A stretch of DNA of 64,000 nt from Escherichia coli (lineage in GTDB: Bacteria > Pseudomonadota > Gammaproteobacteria > Enterobacterales > Enterobacteriaceae), in assembly GCF_965641715.1 (NCBI RefSeq), contig NZ_OZ282453.1, one strand, 5' to 3'. The notes beneath the pieces were generated by a model. The model had not been told where the DNA came from, ran no database searches, and saw only the letters and a program-made list of their open reading frames with translations. Below, piece after piece: positions 43,108-60,926 of this stretch (the stretch's first letter is position 1; each line of letters starts with the position of its first letter). The translations under genes were made by a program, and so were the position numbers.

Positions 43108-45813
43108 TTATTGCAGGCGGCCATGGCACTGCTTGTATTTTTTACCAGAACCGCACGGGCAAGGATCGTTACGTCCTACTTTGCGCTCACCGGTTTGCGC
43201 CGCCAGTGCAGCTGCGGCTGCAGAGTCGTCATCCTGATGGCTAAGCTGCTGCATTTGCGCTAAACGCTCGGCTTCCATACGACGCTGTTGTTCCAGCTCC
43301 TCAACCTCTTCAGGCATACGTACCTGAACTTTGCTCAGCGTACTGATAACTTCATATTTCAACGACTCCAGCATCGCTGCAAACATGGAGAACGATTCAC
43401 GTTTGTATTCCTGCTTCGGATCTTTCTGTGCATAGCCACGCAGGTGGATACCCTGACGCAGATAGTCCATCGCTGCCAGGTGCTCTTTCCACAGGGAGTC
43501 AAGCGTTTGCAGCATGACGCCTTTCTCGAAGTGACGCATCATCTCAGCACCAACCACTTCTTCTTTACGCTGATACACTTCGATGGACTGCGCCAGAATG
43601 CGCTCACGCAGCGTCTCTTCATGCAGTTCGGGTTCTTTATCCAGCCACTCAGCAATTGGTAAATCGAGGTCGAAATCGTTCTTCAGACGTTCCTGCAGCC
43701 CCGGAATATCCCACATTTCTTCCAGCGACTGTGGTGGAATGTAGGCATCAATGGTCGCTTTGAACACATCTTCACGAATGCTGTTAATGGTTTCGCTCAC
43801 ATCGCTGACATCCAACAGTTCGTTACGCTGGGAGTAAATGGCGCGACGCTGATCGTTAGCCACGTCATCATATTCCAGCAGTTGCTTACGAATGTCGAAG
43901 TTACGGCTTTCAACTTTACGCTGGGCGTTAGCAATCGCTTTGGTCACCCACGGGTGTTCAATGGCTTCGCCTGGCTTCATACCCAGTTTACGCATCATGC
44001 CGGATACTCGGTCGGAAGCAAAAATACGCATCAGCGCATCTTCCATCGACAGGTAGAAACGGGAAGAACCAGCATCCCCCTGACGACCAGAACGACCGCG
44101 CAACTGGTTATCGATACGACGGGATTCGTGACGCTCGGTACCGATGATATGCAGGCCACCTGCTGCCAGTACCGCATCGTGACGTACCTGCCAGTCGGCT
44201 TTAATTTTTTCAATTTGCTCTGCGGTCGGATTTTCCAGCGCGGCAACTTCTGCCTGCCAGCTACCACCGAGCACAATATCTGTACCACGACCCGCCATGT
44301 TGGTCGCGATAGTCACCGCAGCCGGATAACCTGCCTGAGCAACAATCGCCGCTTCGTTGGCGTGGAATTTGGCGTTCAGGACATTGTGCTTAATACCGGC
44401 TTTGGTCAGTTCGTTTGACACCAGCTCCGATTTTTCGATGGAGATAGTACCCACCAGCACCGGCTGGCCTTTCGCAGTACGTTCTTTGATATCTTCAATG
44501 ATCGCCTGAATTTTTTCCGCTTCAGTCATGTAGACCAGGTCCGGCAGATCTTTACGAATCATTGGACGGTTGGTCGGAACAACGACGGTATCCAGTTTGT
44601 AGATGGAGCTAAATTCGAAAGCTTCGGTATCAGCAGTACCGGTCATCCCCGCCAGTTTTTCATACAGACGGAAGTAGTTCTGGAAGGTGATCGAAGCCAG
44701 CGTTTGGTTTTCGTTCTGGATCTGCACACCTTCTTTCGCTTCCACAGCCTGGTGCAGACCATCGGACCAGCGACGGCCCTGCATGGTACGACCGGTGTGT
44801 TCGTCAACGATGATAACTTCACCATCTTTAACGATGTAGTCGACGTCACGGGTAAACAGCGCATGAGCGCGCAGCGCCGCCGTTACGTGGTGCATCAGCA
44901 TGATGTTGGCCGGAGAGTACAGAGACTCCCCTTCATCCATGATGCCCTCTTTCACCAGCAGTTCTTCAATCAGCACCAGACCACGTTCGGTCAGGTTCAC
45001 CTGGCGAGATTTTTCGTCCACCGAGAAGTGGCCTTCGCCCTGGAAGGTTTCGGAGTCTTCTTTTTCCTGACGGATCAGGTGCGGAATAATTTTATTCACG
45101 CGTTTATACATTTCCGAGCTGTCTTCTGCCGGGCCGGAAATGATCAGCGGTGTACGCGCTTCATCGATCAGGATGGAGTCCACTTCGTCCACCAGCGCAT
45201 AGTGCAGTTTACGCTGTACACGTTCTTCAGGGCTGAACGCCATATTGTCGCGCAGGTAGTCAAAGCCGTATTCGTTGTTCGTACCGTAAGTGATGTCAGC
45301 TGCGTAAGCTTCGCGCTTTGCCGGTGCTGGCATGCCCGGCAGGTTGATACCGACAGTCAGACCAAGGAATTCAAACAGCGGACGGTTGTTTTCGGCGTCA
45401 CGTTGCGCCAGGTAGTCGTTGACGGTAACTACATGCACGCCTTTACCGGTTAGTGCGTTCAGATAAGCAGGCAGCGTTGCGGTCAGGGTTTTACCTTCAC
45501 CGGTACGCATTTCGGCGATGCAGCGTTCGTTAAGAACCATACCGCCGAGTAACTGAACGTCGAAGTGACGCATACCAAAGACGCGCTTACTTGCCTCACG
45601 TACCACGGCGAAAGCTTCCGGGATCAGATTTTCCAGCACTTCGCCTTTTTCCAGACGTGCACGAAACTCTGCGGTTTTCCCTTTCAGTTCTTCGTCGGAG
45701 AGTTTTTCCATCTCCGGTTCCATGGCATTGATGATGTTGACCACTTTGCGCATCCGGCGCAGGGTGCGATCGTTACGACTACCGAAAACTTTAGTTAATA
45801 ATTTGATTAGCAT
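43108..45813 (-). CDS. secA: Preprotein translocase ATPase SecA
   Basis: 901 aa; DEAD-like motor domains; C-terminal zinc-binding tail [14 protein letters not shown]. Confidence 0.97.
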   Translation of the reverse strand: MLIKLLTKVFGSRNDRTLRRMRKVVNIINAMEPEMEKLSDEELKGKTAEFRARLEKGEVLENLIPEAFAVVREASKRVFGMRHFDVQLLGGMVLNERCIAEMRTGEGKTLTATLPAYLNALTGKGVHVVTVNDYLAQRDAENNRPLFEFLGLTVGINLPGMPAPAKREAYAADITYGTNNEYGFDYLRDNMAFSPEERVQRKLHYALVDEVDSILIDEARTPLIISGPAEDSSEMYKRVNKIIPHLIRQEKEDSETFQGEGHFSVDEKSRQVNLTERGLVLIEELLVKEGIMDEGESLYSPANIMLMHHVTAALRAHALFTRDVDYIVKDGEVIIVDEHTGRTMQGRRWSDGLHQAVEAKEGVQIQNENQTLASITFQNYFRLYEKLAGMTGTADTEAFEFSSIYKLDTVVVPTNRPMIRKDLPDLVYMTEAEKIQAIIEDIKERTAKGQPVLVGTISIEKSELVSNELTKAGIKHNVLNAKFHANEAAIVAQAGYPAAVTIATNMAGRGTDIVLGGSWQAEVAALENPTAEQIEKIKADWQVRHDAVLAAGGLHIIGTERHESRRIDNQLRGRSGRQGDAGSSRFYLSMEDALMRIFASDRVSGMMRKLGMKPGEAIEHPWVTKAIANAQRKVESRNFDIRKQLLEYDDVANDQRRAIYSQRNELLDVSDVSETINSIREDVFKATIDAYIPPQSLEEMWDIPGLQERLKNDFDLDLPIAEWLDKEPELHEETLRERILAQSIEVYQRKEEVVGAEMMRHFEKGVMLQTLDSLWKEHLAAMDYLRQGIHLRGYAQKDPKQEYKRESFSMFAAMLESLKYEVISTLSKVQVRMPEEVEELEQQRRMEAERLAQMQQLSHQDDDSAAAAALAAQTGERKVGRNDPCPCGSGKKYKQCHGRLQ

Positions 45814-45874
45814 AATAAAATCTCAAACGCCCCGCGTTGCGGAGTTAATAAAATGAAGTAAAGGTTTATTGTTG

Positions 45875-46555
<681 letters not shown>

Positions 46556-46617
46556 TCACCTGGCCGGAGAGAGTGCCAGATTTGCCAGTCGAATTTTATA
46601 CGACAGTATAAATGTCG

Positions 46618-47556
<939 letters not shown>

Positions 47557-47635
47557 CTATCCAACCGAAGTGTACTATACATTCGGCGGGCCAGTTTAGC
47601 ACAAAGAGCCTCGAAACCCAAATTCCAGTCAATTC

Positions 47636-48787
47636 TTAATCAGCTTGCTTACGCAGGAATGCTGGGATATCCAGATAATCCGGCTCTTTCGCAGTTTGCG
47701 GCGCATTGTCATTCACGACTTTAGCAACCGGCTTCTGCTCCTGGGTCAGCGGAGCCATCCCATGCTGCTGGTAGCGATCCATCACTGGCTGCTGAACCTG
47801 CTTATTGGTCACCAGAGTGATTTCAGGACGTTTGTCCATGCCGATACCTGTCGCAACAACGGTTACGCGCAGCTCGTCATTCATATCCGGGTCAAGAGAA
47901 GTACCGATAACCACAGTCGCGTTGTCGGAAGCAAATGCACGGATGGTGTTACCTACCGTTTCGAACTCATCCAGACGCAGGTCGAAGCCCGCTGTGATGT
48001 TAACCAGCACGCCGCGTGCGCCAGACAGGTCGATATCTTCCAGCAGCGGAGAAGAGATAGCCATTTCAGCAGCTTCTTCCGCACGGTCTTCACCGCTCGC
48101 CACGCCAGAACCCATCATTGCGTAGCCCATTTCAGACATTACGGTGCGTACGTCTGCAAAGTCCACGTTCATCAAACCCGGACGAGTAATCAGTTCAGCG
48201 ATACCTTGCACAGCGCCTTTGAGTACATCGTTCGCTGCGCCAAACGCATCCAGCAGGGAGATACCGCGGCCCAGAACTTTCAGCAGTTTGTCGTTCGGGA
48301 TAGTGATCAGAGAGTCCACATGCTTGGACAGTTCAGTGATCCCCTGCTCCGCGAATGCCATACGCTTCTTGCCTTCAAAGTTGAAGGGCTTAGTGACGAC
48401 AGCAACGGTCAGGATACCCAAATCTTTTGCCACTTCAGCGACGACTGGTGCTGCACCTGTACCGGTACCACCACCCATACCCGCAGCAATAAAGACCATG
48501 TCTGCACCTTCCAGCGCCGCACGCAGTGCATCGCGATCCTCATCAGCCGCATTGCGGCCAACTTCTGGATTAGCGCCAGCGCCCAGTCCTTTGGTGATAC
48601 CGCTACCGATTTGAATCGTCTGTCCAACCGCTGTTTTACGCAGCGCTTGTGCATCGGTATTTACCGCGAAGAATTCAACACCTTCAATGCGCTCGCGCAC
48701 CATGTGTTCAACAGCATTACCGCCGCCGCCGCCGACGCCGATGACTTTAATCACCGCGTCATTGGTAAGTTCCATTGGTTCAAACAT
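47636..48787 (-). CDS. ftsZ: Cell division GTPase FtsZ
   Basis: 383 aa; tubulin signature [13 protein letters not shown]. Confidence 0.97.
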
Positions 48788-48847
48788 AGTTTCTCTCCGA
48801 TTTGTGCCTGTCGCCTGAGGCCGTAATCATCGTCGGCCTCATAAAAA

Positions 48848-50110
48848 TTAAAACTCTTTTCGCAGCCAACTATTGAGTCGCTTGATCCACGAGCCAACTG
48901 ATGCTGTAACACGTTTTTCTACTTCAGCTTCACCGTTAAGATGTGACTCTTTCCCATAGTGAAGCAATCCCACCGCCGTCGAATAATACGGCTCCTGAGC
49001 ATAATCCGTTAAACCGGTAATGTTCAGCGGCGCGCCGATACGCACTTGCGTATGAAACACGCGCTGAGCACAGGCTGCAAGACCTTCGATCTGCGCTGCG
49101 CCACCAGTTAATACAATGCCTGCCGCCAGGTGATGTTTAACCCCTTGTTGGCGAAGCTTTTCCTGCAACTGCAATATCTCTTCGTTGACCAGGTTGAGCA
49201 GCTCGGTATAGCGCGGCTCGATCACCTCTGCCAGGGTCTGACGTTGCAGACTCCGCGGCGGACGACCACCTACGCTCGGCACTTCCACGCTCTCATCTTT
49301 TCCAACGATGGAACCCAGCGCACAACCGTGGCGAACTTTAATCGCTTCGGCGTCGCTTGGCGGCGTGCCAAAGGCGTAAGCGATATCACTGGTCACGACA
49401 TTGCCAGCATAAGGAATTACCTTAGTGTGGCGCAATGCCCCACCGGTATAAACGGCGATATCCATTGTACCACCACCGATATCGACGACGCAGACACCCA
49501 GTTCACGTTCATCTTCCGTCAATACCGAATAACTTGATGCCAGTCCGGCAAATATCAGTTGGTCAACTTTCAGCCCACAACGTTCAACCGCTTTGACGAT
49601 GTTTTTCGCCATATCGTTGTGACATGTGATCAGGTGCACTTTTGCCTGCATCCGCACGCCCGAAAGTCCTACCGGATTCTTGATCCCTTCCTGATAGTCA
49701 ATCGCATACTCTTGCGGGATCACATGCAGCACACGATGCTCATCGCGCACACGCACCGATTTCGCGGTATGGACGACGTTTTCCACATCTTCTTGCGTCA
49801 CTTCTTCTTCAGAAATAGGCACCATACCAATTTCATTCTGGCAGCTGATGTGCTTACCAGAAAGCGCCAGATATACCGAAGAGATCTGACAATCTGCCAT
49901 CAATTCTGCCTGGTCAATGGCGCGTTGTACGCACTTGACCACGGATTCGAGGTCGTTCACCCCGCCTTTATCCATACCACGCGACGGGCAGCTGCCCACG
50001 CCAATGATATTGACCATACCGTCGGGCAGAACTTCCCCTACTAAAGCGGCAACCTTCGCGGTACCAATCTCCAGTCCTACTACCAGTTTTCTGTCCGTCG
50101 CCTTGATCAT
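48848..50110 (-). CDS. ftsA: Cell division protein FtsA (actin-like ATPase)
   Basis: 420 aa; overlaps the ftsQ stop. Confidence 0.97.
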   Translation of the reverse strand: MIKATDRKLVVGLEIGTAKVAALVGEVLPDGMVNIIGVGSCPSRGMDKGGVNDLESVVKCVQRAIDQAELMADCQISSVYLALSGKHISCQNEIGMVPISEEEVTQEDVENVVHTAKSVRVRDEHRVLHVIPQEYAIDYQEGIKNPVGLSGVRMQAKVHLITCHNDMAKNIVKAVERCGLKVDQLIFAGLASSYSVLTEDERELGVCVVDIGGGTMDIAVYTGGALRHTKVIPYAGNVVTSDIAYAFGTPPSDAEAIKVRHGCALGSIVGKDESVEVPSVGGRPPRSLQRQTLAEVIEPRYTELLNLVNEEILQLQEKLRQQGVKHHLAAGIVLTGGAAQIEGLAACAQRVFHTQVRIGAPLNITGLTDYAQEPYYSTAVGLLHYGKESHLNGEAEVEKRVTASVGSWIKRLNSWLRKEF

Positions 50111-50937
50111 TGTTGTTCTGCCTGTGCCTGATTTTGTTGCTGAGTAGATTCCTCTGGCGGCAAGGGCGCCCAGCCTACTGCCGCTCCAGAGTCATAACGC
50201 AAATCAACGTAGCTAATCCGTTTGCCATCGGTTTGCGCCTGCTGCTGTAAAACCGGATAAAGTTCTACAAAGCGAGCCAAACGTTTCATCGTATCGCCCC
50301 GGCCAAGATTGAGCTTAATATCGTTATTCAGCGTCAACTGCCAGGAACGCCGCGCGGTCATCGCCGCTTCCTTCAGAGTAAATCTGTCCTTTGCCAGCAT
50401 CTGCCCCATTTCGCGATAGCCCTGCAACACTTCATTGGCGCTGCCTTCCGGGCCATACAGCATTGGAAGCACCTGCTTGCTGGTGCGATCTGGCGGCACG
50501 CTGAAGGTATTTCCTTCCGCGTCTACCATGTGTTGATCATTCCACCGCGCAATCGGCACATATTCAACCAGATGAATCTTCAATTCATCAGGCCACTGCT
50601 TTCTGACGCTCACCTGCTTAATCCACGGCAGGCGTTGTTCTATTTGCGTCTGGATGATGTTGACATCCTGGGTCATAAAGGTACCCGGCTCACCCAATGC
50701 CAGGATCGACTGCCGGATATCGTCATTACGCGTGTAATGGCGTTCACCGGTCAACACCAGCTTTGAGAGCGGCAGGCGTTGCGCATCTTCCATCCAGCCC
50801 AACACGACCCAGCCGCTCACCAACACTGTCGTTAAAACGGTCAGCAGGAAAAGGATCCCCGCCAGACGCGTTCCATTATTGCGGCGAGAAGAAACCTCTT
50901 CTTCGCTGTTTCGCGTGTTCAGAGCAGCCTGCGACAT
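50107..50937 (-). CDS. ftsQ: Cell division protein FtsQ
   Basis: 276 aa; single transmembrane segment plus POTRA domain. Confidence 0.95.
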   Translation of the reverse strand: MSQAALNTRNSEEEVSSRRNNGTRLAGILFLLTVLTTVLVSGWVVLGWMEDAQRLPLSKLVLTGERHYTRNDDIRQSILALGEPGTFMTQDVNIIQTQIEQRLPWIKQVSVRKQWPDELKIHLVEYVPIARWNDQHMVDAEGNTFSVPPDRTSKQVLPMLYGPEGSANEVLQGYREMGQMLAKDRFTLKEAAMTARRSWQLTLNNDIKLNLGRGDTMKRLARFVELYPVLQQQAQTDGKRISYVDLRYDSGAAVGWAPLPPEESTQQQNQAQAEQQ

Positions 50938-50938
50938 A

Positions 50939-53327
<2,389 letters not shown>

Positions 53328-53380
53328 TCTTTACGCCATTAACTTCTTAAATTCATACGATGCAAAAGGCATCGCTACAA

Positions 53381-54448
53381 TTACGCCCGGGCAGCCCGGC
53401 TCACTTCATTTGCCACTCGCTCGGTGGCATCCGGAATGGATGCGGCGCGGGCGCGTTCTGCCATGGTTAATAAGGTTTCTCGCGACCACCCGGCCAGGGT
53501 GTTGGCGACAGCATCCACGCTAAGCTGTGGCTGCTCGATAATTTTGGCTGCGCCCGCTTTTTCCAGCGGTAGCGCATTCCAGTATTGCTGGCGGTCTTTA
53601 TGTTGAAACGGCACAAACAACGCCGGTAGTCCTGCCGCGGCGATTTCACTCACCGTTAACGCACCGGAGCGGCAAACGACGACATCCGCCCACGCATACG
53701 CCGCCGCCATATCATCAATAAATTCCGTCACTTTATGCTGCGGTTGCCCCGCTTCGGCATACGCCTGTTCAACGGATTGTTGCGAACCTTTGCCGCTCTG
53801 ATGCCAGATAGTGACTGAATCACCCAGTTTCGCAGCAACCTGCGGCATTGTCTGGTTAAGAATGCGTGCGCCCTGGGAACCACCCACTACCAGCACACGA
53901 ACCGGACCTTCACGTCCAGCCAAACGTTGCTGCGGCAACGGTAGCGCCAACACATCGGTACGCACCGGGTTACCCACCACTTCCGCATTGGGGAAAGCAC
54001 CTGGAAACGCCTGCATCACTTTGGTGGCAATCTTCGCCAGCCATTTATTGGTTAAGCCCGCAATACCGTTTTGTTCATGAAGTACAACCGGAATGCCTAA
54101 CGACCACGCGGCCAGACCACCAGGACCTGATACGTAGCCGCCCATACCGAGCACCACGTCAGGTTTGTACGCTTTCATAATCGCCCGCGCCTGACGCCAG
54201 GCATTGAAGATACGCAGCGGCGCAGCTATCAGTGCTTTTATACCTTTTCCACGCAGACCAGAGATACGAATGAAATCAATTTCGATGCCATGTTTTGGCA
54301 CTAAGTCCGCTTCCATACGGTCGGCAGTCCCCAGCCAGCGAACTTGCCAACCCTGAGCCATTAGATGGTGCGCAACCGCCAGTCCCGGGAATACATGTCC
54401 ACCGGTTCCGCCTGCCATCACCATTAATCGCTTTCCTTGACCACTCAT
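53381..54448 (-). CDS. murG: UDP-GlcNAc:undecaprenyl-PP-MurNAc-pentapeptide GlcNAc transferase
   Basis: 355 aa, GT28 family; overlaps the ftsW stop. Confidence 0.97.
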
Positions 54449-55689
54449 CGTGAACCTCGTACAAACGCCTGCGCTTTCTCCAGACGCGTTTCATAATCAA
54501 TACGCAACAGCATCATGATGGCTGTCGACATAATCAGTAAGCTCGAACCACCGTAACTGATCAGCGGCAATGTCAGACCTTTGGTCGGTAACATCCCCGC
54601 CGCCGCGCCTACGTTAACTAGCGCCTGGAAGCTAAACCAGATGCCAATAGAACAGGCGAGAAAACCGGAAAAACGGTGGTCAATTTCTAATGCTTTACGG
54701 CCAATCGACATCGCGCGAAAAGCGACGAAGAATACCATTAAAAGTGCCAGCACCACACCGACATACCCCAGTTCTTCGCCGATAATGGCGAAAATAAAGT
54801 CAGTGTGCGCTTCCGGCAGATACTCCAGTTTTTGTACCGAGTTACCTAAACCTTGCCCCCAAAGTTCGCCGCGACCAAACGCCATCAGCGATTGCGTTAA
54901 CTGATAGCCGCTGCCAAAGGGATCTTCCCACGGGTTCCAGAATGCGGTAACACGGCGGATACGGTACGGTTCGGCGAGGATCAGCAACACAACCGCTGAA
55001 ATGCCCATACCGATAATGGCAATGAACTGCCACAATTTCGCTCCCGCCAGGAACAACATCGCCAGCGTAGTCACAAACAACACCACCACCGTACCAAGGT
55101 CTGGCTGTGCCAGCAGTAACACTGCCAACACCAGAATCACGCCCATCGGTTTCAGGAAGCCGCGCAGGTTATTACGTACTTCGTCACCTTTACGCACCAG
55201 ATAGTTGGCGATATAGCAAAACAGCGACAGTTTTGTCAGCTCCGCAGGCTGGATACGCAGCAAACCGAGATCGATCCAACGCGATGCCCCTTTAACAGAG
55301 CTACCCACTACCAGCACAATCATCAGCAGGATGATAGATCCGAGCAGCATCGTGGCACTGTAGCGTTGCCAGAACTCCATCGGCAGACGCAGCGTAATGA
55401 TCGCCAGAATGAATGCCAGGATCAGATAGACGCCATCACGCTTCGCGAAGAAGAACGGATCGTTGGTTAAGCGTTGCCCTATGGGCATTGACGCCGAGGT
55501 CACCATGATAAAGCCAATCGCCGCGAGGCCGAAGGTCAGCCACAGTAAGGTGCGATCGTACATGATCAGGCTGTCGGTATCTTTTTCCCGCGAGCCCATC
55601 ACCCAGCCCTTTAGCGCCGTGGAGATCCAGACCAGGATACTGAATCCTGGCAGGCGCGGCATTTTCAGGCGAGGGAGAGATAAACGCAT
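54445..55689 (-). CDS. ftsW: Peptidoglycan glycosyltransferase FtsW (SEDS family)
   Basis: 414 aa from ATG at 55689, overlapping the murD stop as TGATG (ORF-track TTG start at 55692 is the alternative). Confidence 0.95.
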
Positions 55690-57005
55690 CAACCTAACTC
55701 CTTCGCCAGACGGGCAAACTCATTGCCTCGTTGTTCAAAGTTCTTGAACTGATCAAGGCTGGCACAGGCCGGGGAGAGCAGAACCATATCGCCCGGCTGA
55801 ACACGCGGAGCCAGCAAGCGCATCGCCTGTTCCATAGTTTCGGTTTGTTCTGCCACTTCCGGGCGTAGCGCCGCCAGCTGCACGCCGTCACGACCGAAAC
55901 AATACAGACGTACGTTATCGCCATTCAGGTAACGCGCCAGTGGGCTAAAGTCCGCCGATTTACCATCGCCGCCCAGCAACAAATGCAGCGTGCCGTCTAC
56001 GTGTAGGCCATTCAGCGCCGCTTCCGTACTGCCGACGTTGGTCGCTTTTGAATCGTTAATCCAACGTACGCCGTTATGCTCCAGCACAACTTCAAAGCGA
56101 TGCGGCAGACCAGTGAATGTGGTTAACGCTTTCAGGCTGCTGGCTCGCGGTAACCCTGCGGCATCTGCCAGTGCCAGCGCCGCCAGCGCATTGGTGTAGT
56201 TATGCTGCCCGGAAATTTTCATTTCTTTTACGTTCAGCACTTTCTCGCCTTTCACACGCAGCCAGGTTTCGCCCTGCTGATGATTCAGGTGATAGTCACC
56301 CATGTTGACGCCAAAGCTGACGCAGCGTTCATCCGCACCGCGAATCGGCATTGTTAAGGCATCATCAGCATTAACCACGCAAACTTTCGCGTTTTCGTAA
56401 ATGCGCAGTTTTGCTGCACGATACTGTTGTAAACCAAACGGATAGCGATCCATATGATCTTCAGTCACGTTCAGAATGGTCGCTGCTACCGCCTGTAAGC
56501 TGGAGGTGGTTTCCAGCTGGAAGCTCGACAGTTCCAGCACGTATAGTTCACACTCATCATCCAGTAGCATCAACGCAGGCAGGCCAATATTGCCACCCAC
56601 ACCAACGTTAACCCCCGCCGCTTTCGCCATTTCACCCACTAGCGTGGTGACCGTGCTTTTGCCGTTAGAACCGGTAATCGCCACAATCGGTGCTTGTGCT
56701 TCGCGACAGAACAGCTCGATATCGCCAACGATTTCGATTCCGGCATCAGCGGCAGCGCTTAAGGATGGATGCGCCAGTGCAATACCGGGACTGGCGACAA
56801 TCAGATCTGCCGCCATCAGCCATTCATCATTCAGACTGCCCGTGTGGCGTTCAACGGCTTCGGGTAATTTATCCAGGCCAGGCGGTGTCATACGCGTATC
56901 CATAACGCGCGGCGTCACACCGCGAGCGAGGAAAAAGTCCACGCAGGAAAGCCCGGTGAGGCCCAGGCCGATAATGACAACATTTTTACCCTGGTAATCA
57001 GCCAT
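55689..57005 (-). CDS. murD: UDP-N-acetylmuramoylalanine-D-glutamate ligase
   Basis: 438 aa; Mur ligase ATP motif GSNGKST. Confidence 0.97.
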
Positions 57006-57007
57006 GA

Positions 57008-58090
57008 TTAACGTACCTTCAGCGTTGCCAGACCAATCAGGACCAGCATCAGCGAAATAATCCAGAAACGCACAATGACGCGCGGTTCCGGCCAGCCTTT
57101 CAGTTCATAGTGGTGATGAATCGGTGCCATGCGGAAAATACGTTGTCCGCGCAGTTTAAAGGAGCCGACCTGCAGGATGACAGAAAGCGTTTCTACCACG
57201 AACACGCCCCCCATAATCACCAGCAGGAATTCCTGACGTAGCAGTACGGCGATAATGCCTAACGCACCACCTAACGCCAGCGAACCTACATCGCCCATAA
57301 AGACCTGCGCCGGATAGGTGTTAAACCACAGGAAGCCCAGTCCTGCCCCGACTATCGCGGTACAGACAATAACCAATTCCCCGGCGTGTCGCAGATACGG
57401 TATGTGTAAATAGCTGGCAAAGTTCATGTTGCCGGTCGCCCACGCCACCAGCGCAAAACCACCGGCGACAAATACGGTCGGCATAATTGCCAGACCGTCA
57501 AGACCATCGGTCAGGTTTACCGCGTTGCCAGTACCCACAATGACGAAGTAAGCCAGCAGAATGTAGAACAGCCCCAGTTGCGGCATCACATCTTTAAAGA
57601 ATGGGACCACCAGCTGCGTTGCGGGCGTGTCTTTGCCAACAAGGTACAGCGCGAAGGCGACACCCAGCGCAATGACCGACATCCAGAAATACTTCCAACG
57701 AGCGATCAACCCTTTGGTGTCTTTACGCACTACTTTGCGATAATCATCAACAAAGCCAATAACACCGTAACCTACCAGCACCACCAACACGCACCAGACG
57801 TACGGATTGGACGGGTAAGCCCACAGCAGTACGGAAATCACAATCGCCGTCAGGATCATAATCCCGCCCATGGTCGGCGTACCGCGCTTGCTGAAGTGTG
57901 ATTCAGGACCGTCGTTACGCACCACCTGACCAAAGGAGAGTTTTTGCAAATGAGCAATCATGCGCGGGCCCATCCACAATGAGATGAACAGCGCGGTCAG
58001 CAGGCTGACGATGGCGCGAAACGTCAGATAGGAAAAGACGTTAAAGCCGGAATAATATTTGACCAAATGTTCGGCCAGCCAAACTAACAT
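57008..58090 (-). CDS. mraY: Phospho-N-acetylmuramoyl-pentapeptide transferase
   Basis: 360 aa; polytopic membrane protein; overlaps the murF stop. Confidence 0.97.
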   Translation of the reverse strand: MLVWLAEHLVKYYSGFNVFSYLTFRAIVSLLTALFISLWMGPRMIAHLQKLSFGQVVRNDGPESHFSKRGTPTMGGIMILTAIVISVLLWAYPSNPYVWCVLVVLVGYGVIGFVDDYRKVVRKDTKGLIARWKYFWMSVIALGVAFALYLVGKDTPATQLVVPFFKDVMPQLGLFYILLAYFVIVGTGNAVNLTDGLDGLAIMPTVFVAGGFALVAWATGNMNFASYLHIPYLRHAGELVIVCTAIVGAGLGFLWFNTYPAQVFMGDVGSLALGGALGIIAVLLRQEFLLVIMGGVFVVETLSVILQVGSFKLRGQRIFRMAPIHHHYELKGWPEPRVIVRFWIISLMLVLIGLATLKVR

Positions 58091-59442
58091 GTCCCATTCT
58101 CCTGTAAAGCGCGTACTACCTCTTCCATGGCGGCACTACGTGAACCCTTAACTAAAATCGTAATTACCTGTTGCTCAGCAATCAGTGATTTAAGACGCGT
58201 AATTAACGCAGTTTTATCAGCAAAATGTTCGCCAACGCCGCTGGCGGTGCTGATAGCATGGCTTTGTTTACCCACGCTTAACACGCGGTCAATACCAGCA
58301 GCTTTTGCCGCCTCGCCCACCTGTACATGGCAGGCTTCGCTTTCAGCGCCCAGTTCCGCCATATCGCCCACCACCAGCACGCGGTAGCCCGGCATTTCAG
58401 CCAGTACCTGGACTGCTGCGGTCATTGAACCGACATTGGCGTTGTAGGAGTCGTCGAGCAGCAACTGGTTTTCTGCCAGTTGGATGGGGAACAGACGGCC
58501 TGGAACAGCTTTCAGATTTGCCAGCCCCGCTTTGATAGCATCAAGCGTTGCGCCCACGGACATGGAGAGCGCAGCGGCTGCCAGCGCATTCGCAATATTG
58601 TGACGCCCCGGCAACGGCAGCAGAACATCCACGCTACCGGTTGGGGTTTGCAGGGTAAATTCCGTACCGTGCGAAGTCACATGGATATTGGTGGCGGTGA
58701 AATCGCTGTTGGCGGCATTAGGTGAGAAACGCCACACTTTGCGTGAGCCAATTACGCTCTGCCAGTTCAGCCAGTCGTTGTTGTCGGCGTTCATAATGGC
58801 GATACCGTTTTCCGGCAGGCCGCTAAAGATTTCACCTTTCGCTTTCGCGACACCCGCAAGCGAGCCAAAACCTTCCAGATGCGCCGCTGCCAGGTTGTTG
58901 ACCAGCGCAGCTTCCGGGCGAGTCAGACTCACAGTCCAGGCAATTTCGCCCTGATGGTTCGCGCCAAGTTCAATAACTGCGTAATCGTATTCCGGCGTTA
59001 AGCGCAACAGCGTCATCGGTACACCGATGTCGTTGTTGAGATTGCCTGCCGTATAAAGCGTGTTGCCACACTGGCTTAAAATCGCCGCCGTCATCTCTTT
59101 AACGGAGGTTTTGCCGGAGGACCCCGTCAGAGCAACCACGCGCGCCGGAACTTGCTGGCGAACCCATGCAGCCAGTTCACCAAACGCCAGACGCGTATCC
59201 TTGACGATTAACTGCGGCAGGTCGATGTCCAGCGGACGGCTAACCAGTAGTGCGCCTGCGCCGCCAGCTTTCGCCTGGTCGGCAAAATCATGAGCATCGA
59301 AACGTTCGCCTTTCAGGGCAACAAACAGGCAGCCCGGCGTCAGTTTTCGGGTATCAGTGGTTACAGCATCAAAGGTGATATCTGCACCTTGCAGTTCACC
59401 GTTGAGAATGTCGGTAAGTTGGCTAAGGGTTACGCTAATCAT
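58084..59442 (-). CDS. murF: UDP-MurNAc-tripeptide-D-alanyl-D-alanine ligase
   Basis: 452 aa; Mur ligase ATP motif GSSGKTS. Confidence 0.97.
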   Translation of the reverse strand: MISVTLSQLTDILNGELQGADITFDAVTTDTRKLTPGCLFVALKGERFDAHDFADQAKAGGAGALLVSRPLDIDLPQLIVKDTRLAFGELAAWVRQQVPARVVALTGSSGKTSVKEMTAAILSQCGNTLYTAGNLNNDIGVPMTLLRLTPEYDYAVIELGANHQGEIAWTVSLTRPEAALVNNLAAAHLEGFGSLAGVAKAKGEIFSGLPENGIAIMNADNNDWLNWQSVIGSRKVWRFSPNAANSDFTATNIHVTSHGTEFTLQTPTGSVDVLLPLPGRHNIANALAAAALSMSVGATLDAIKAGLANLKAVPGRLFPIQLAENQLLLDDSYNANVGSMTAAVQVLAEMPGYRVLVVGDMAELGAESEACHVQVGEAAKAAGIDRVLSVGKQSHAISTASGVGEHFADKTALITRLKSLIAEQQVITILVKGSRSAAMEEVVRALQENGTC

Positions 59443-60926
59443 GCAATCACCCCCAGCAGACGCGCCACCGTGACGCGATCGGAGTAGTCCAGACGCTGAT
59501 TGCCAACAATCTGGTAATCTTCATGGCCTTTGCCCGCGACCAGCACCACATCGTTCTCTTTAGCCTGCATAACGGCGCAAGTCACCGCTTCAGCACGGCC
59601 TTCCATCACTTTGGCATGTCCGGCATCTAACATTCCCGCCAGAATATCGTTGATGATGGCACGCGGTTCTTCGGTACGCGGGTTATCGTCCGTCACCACC
59701 GCCACGTCAGCAAACTCTTCGGCAATTGCGCCCATCAGTGGACGCTTACCTTTATCGCGATCGCCACCACAGCCAAAGACACACCACAGCTTGCCCGCAC
59801 AGTGCAGACGCGCCGCCTGTAAGGCTTTTTCCAGTGCATCCGGTGTATGCGCGTAATCCACCACCACCGTCGGTTTGCCTGGCGCAGTGAACACTTCCAT
59901 ACGTCCGCAAACCGGTTGCAGACGCGCGGCGGTTTTCAACAGATCAGCCAATGGATAGCCGAGTGCCAACAGTGTCGCCAACGCGAGCAGCAGGTTGCTG
60001 ACGTTAAAAGCGCCCATCAGATGGCTTTCAATTTCGCCATCGCCCCAACTTGAGCTAAAGCGAATCGTCGCACCGCTGTCGTGATAGTTCACGTCGATCG
60101 CTTTTAACCAGCGTCCGTGACAGTTCGGATTGATATGATCTTCCATTGATACCGCAACCGCGTCCGGCAGTTTTGCCAGCCAGCGGCGGCCCACTTCATC
60201 GTCGGCGTTAATAATCGCCTGACCGCAATGATGTTCAGAATAAAGCAGCCATTTCGCAGCTTCGTAGTGTTCCATATCACCATGATAATCAAGGTGATCG
60301 CGGCTTAAGTTGGTAAAGACCGACGCCGCAAATTTCAATGCCGCCACACGGTGCTGTACCAGCCCGTGGGAGGAAACTTCCATTGCGCAAAAAGTCGCGC
60401 CCTGATCCACCAGCCCCGCCAGCTCATGCTGAACATCGACTGCCGAACCGGTAGTATTTTCTGTCGGGATCACTTTCCCCAGCAGACCGTTACCAACGGT
60501 GCCCATTACCGCGCTGGTTTCGCCAAGCAGTTGGCTCCACTGCGCCAGCAGCTGGGTAGTCGTGGTTTTGCCGTTGGTGCCCGTTACGCCTACGAGACGT
60601 AAATTGTCAGAGGGTTCATGGTAAAAGCGGCCCGCCAGTGCAGATAAACGCTCATTGAGCTGGCTGAGATAGATGACCGGTACGCCGTGCATTTCACGGA
60701 TTTCACCGTCGGTCGCCTCATCTTTCGCCTCTGCAATAATGGCAGCCACACCTTGCGCTATCGCCTGCGGGATATATCGACGCCCGTCCGCCTGATGACC
60801 TACTACAGCTACAAAGAGATCGCCCGCCGCAGCCACACGGCTGTCGAGTGTCATCTCTCGCAGTGCTCGCGAAGGTGCGCCTGGCACCCACGGAGCAAGA
60901 AGGTCGCGCAAATTACGATCTGCCAC
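59439..60926 (-). CDS. murE: UDP-MurNAc-L-Ala-D-Glu:meso-diaminopimelate ligase
   Basis: 495 aa; Mur ligase ATP motif GTNGKTT. Confidence 0.97.
   Translation of the reverse strand: MADRNLRDLLAPWVPGAPSRALREMTLDSRVAAAGDLFVAVVGHQADGRRYIPQAIAQGVAAIIAEAKDEATDGEIREMHGVPVIYLSQLNERLSALAGRFYHEPSDNLRLVGVTGTNGKTTTTQLLAQWSQLLGETSAVMGTVGNGLLGKVIPTENTTGSAVDVQHELAGLVDQGATFCAMEVSSHGLVQHRVAALKFAASVFTNLSRDHLDYHGDMEHYEAAKWLLYSEHHCGQAIINADDEVGRRWLAKLPDAVAVSMEDHINPNCHGRWLKAIDVNYHDSGATIRFSSSWGDGEIESHLMGAFNVSNLLLALATLLALGYPLADLLKTAARLQPVCGRMEVFTAPGKPTVVVDYAHTPDALEKALQAARLHCAGKLWCVFGCGGDRDKGKRPLMGAIAEEFADVAVVTDDNPRTEEPRAIINDILAGMLDAGHAKVMEGRAEAVTCAVMQAKENDVVLVAGKGHEDYQIVGNQRLDYSDRVTVARLLGVIA

Noticed and set aside
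47645-48826. 393-aa plus-strand ORF antisense to ftsZ
   Set aside because: Antisense to the highly conserved ftsZ gene, with no independent coding evidence.
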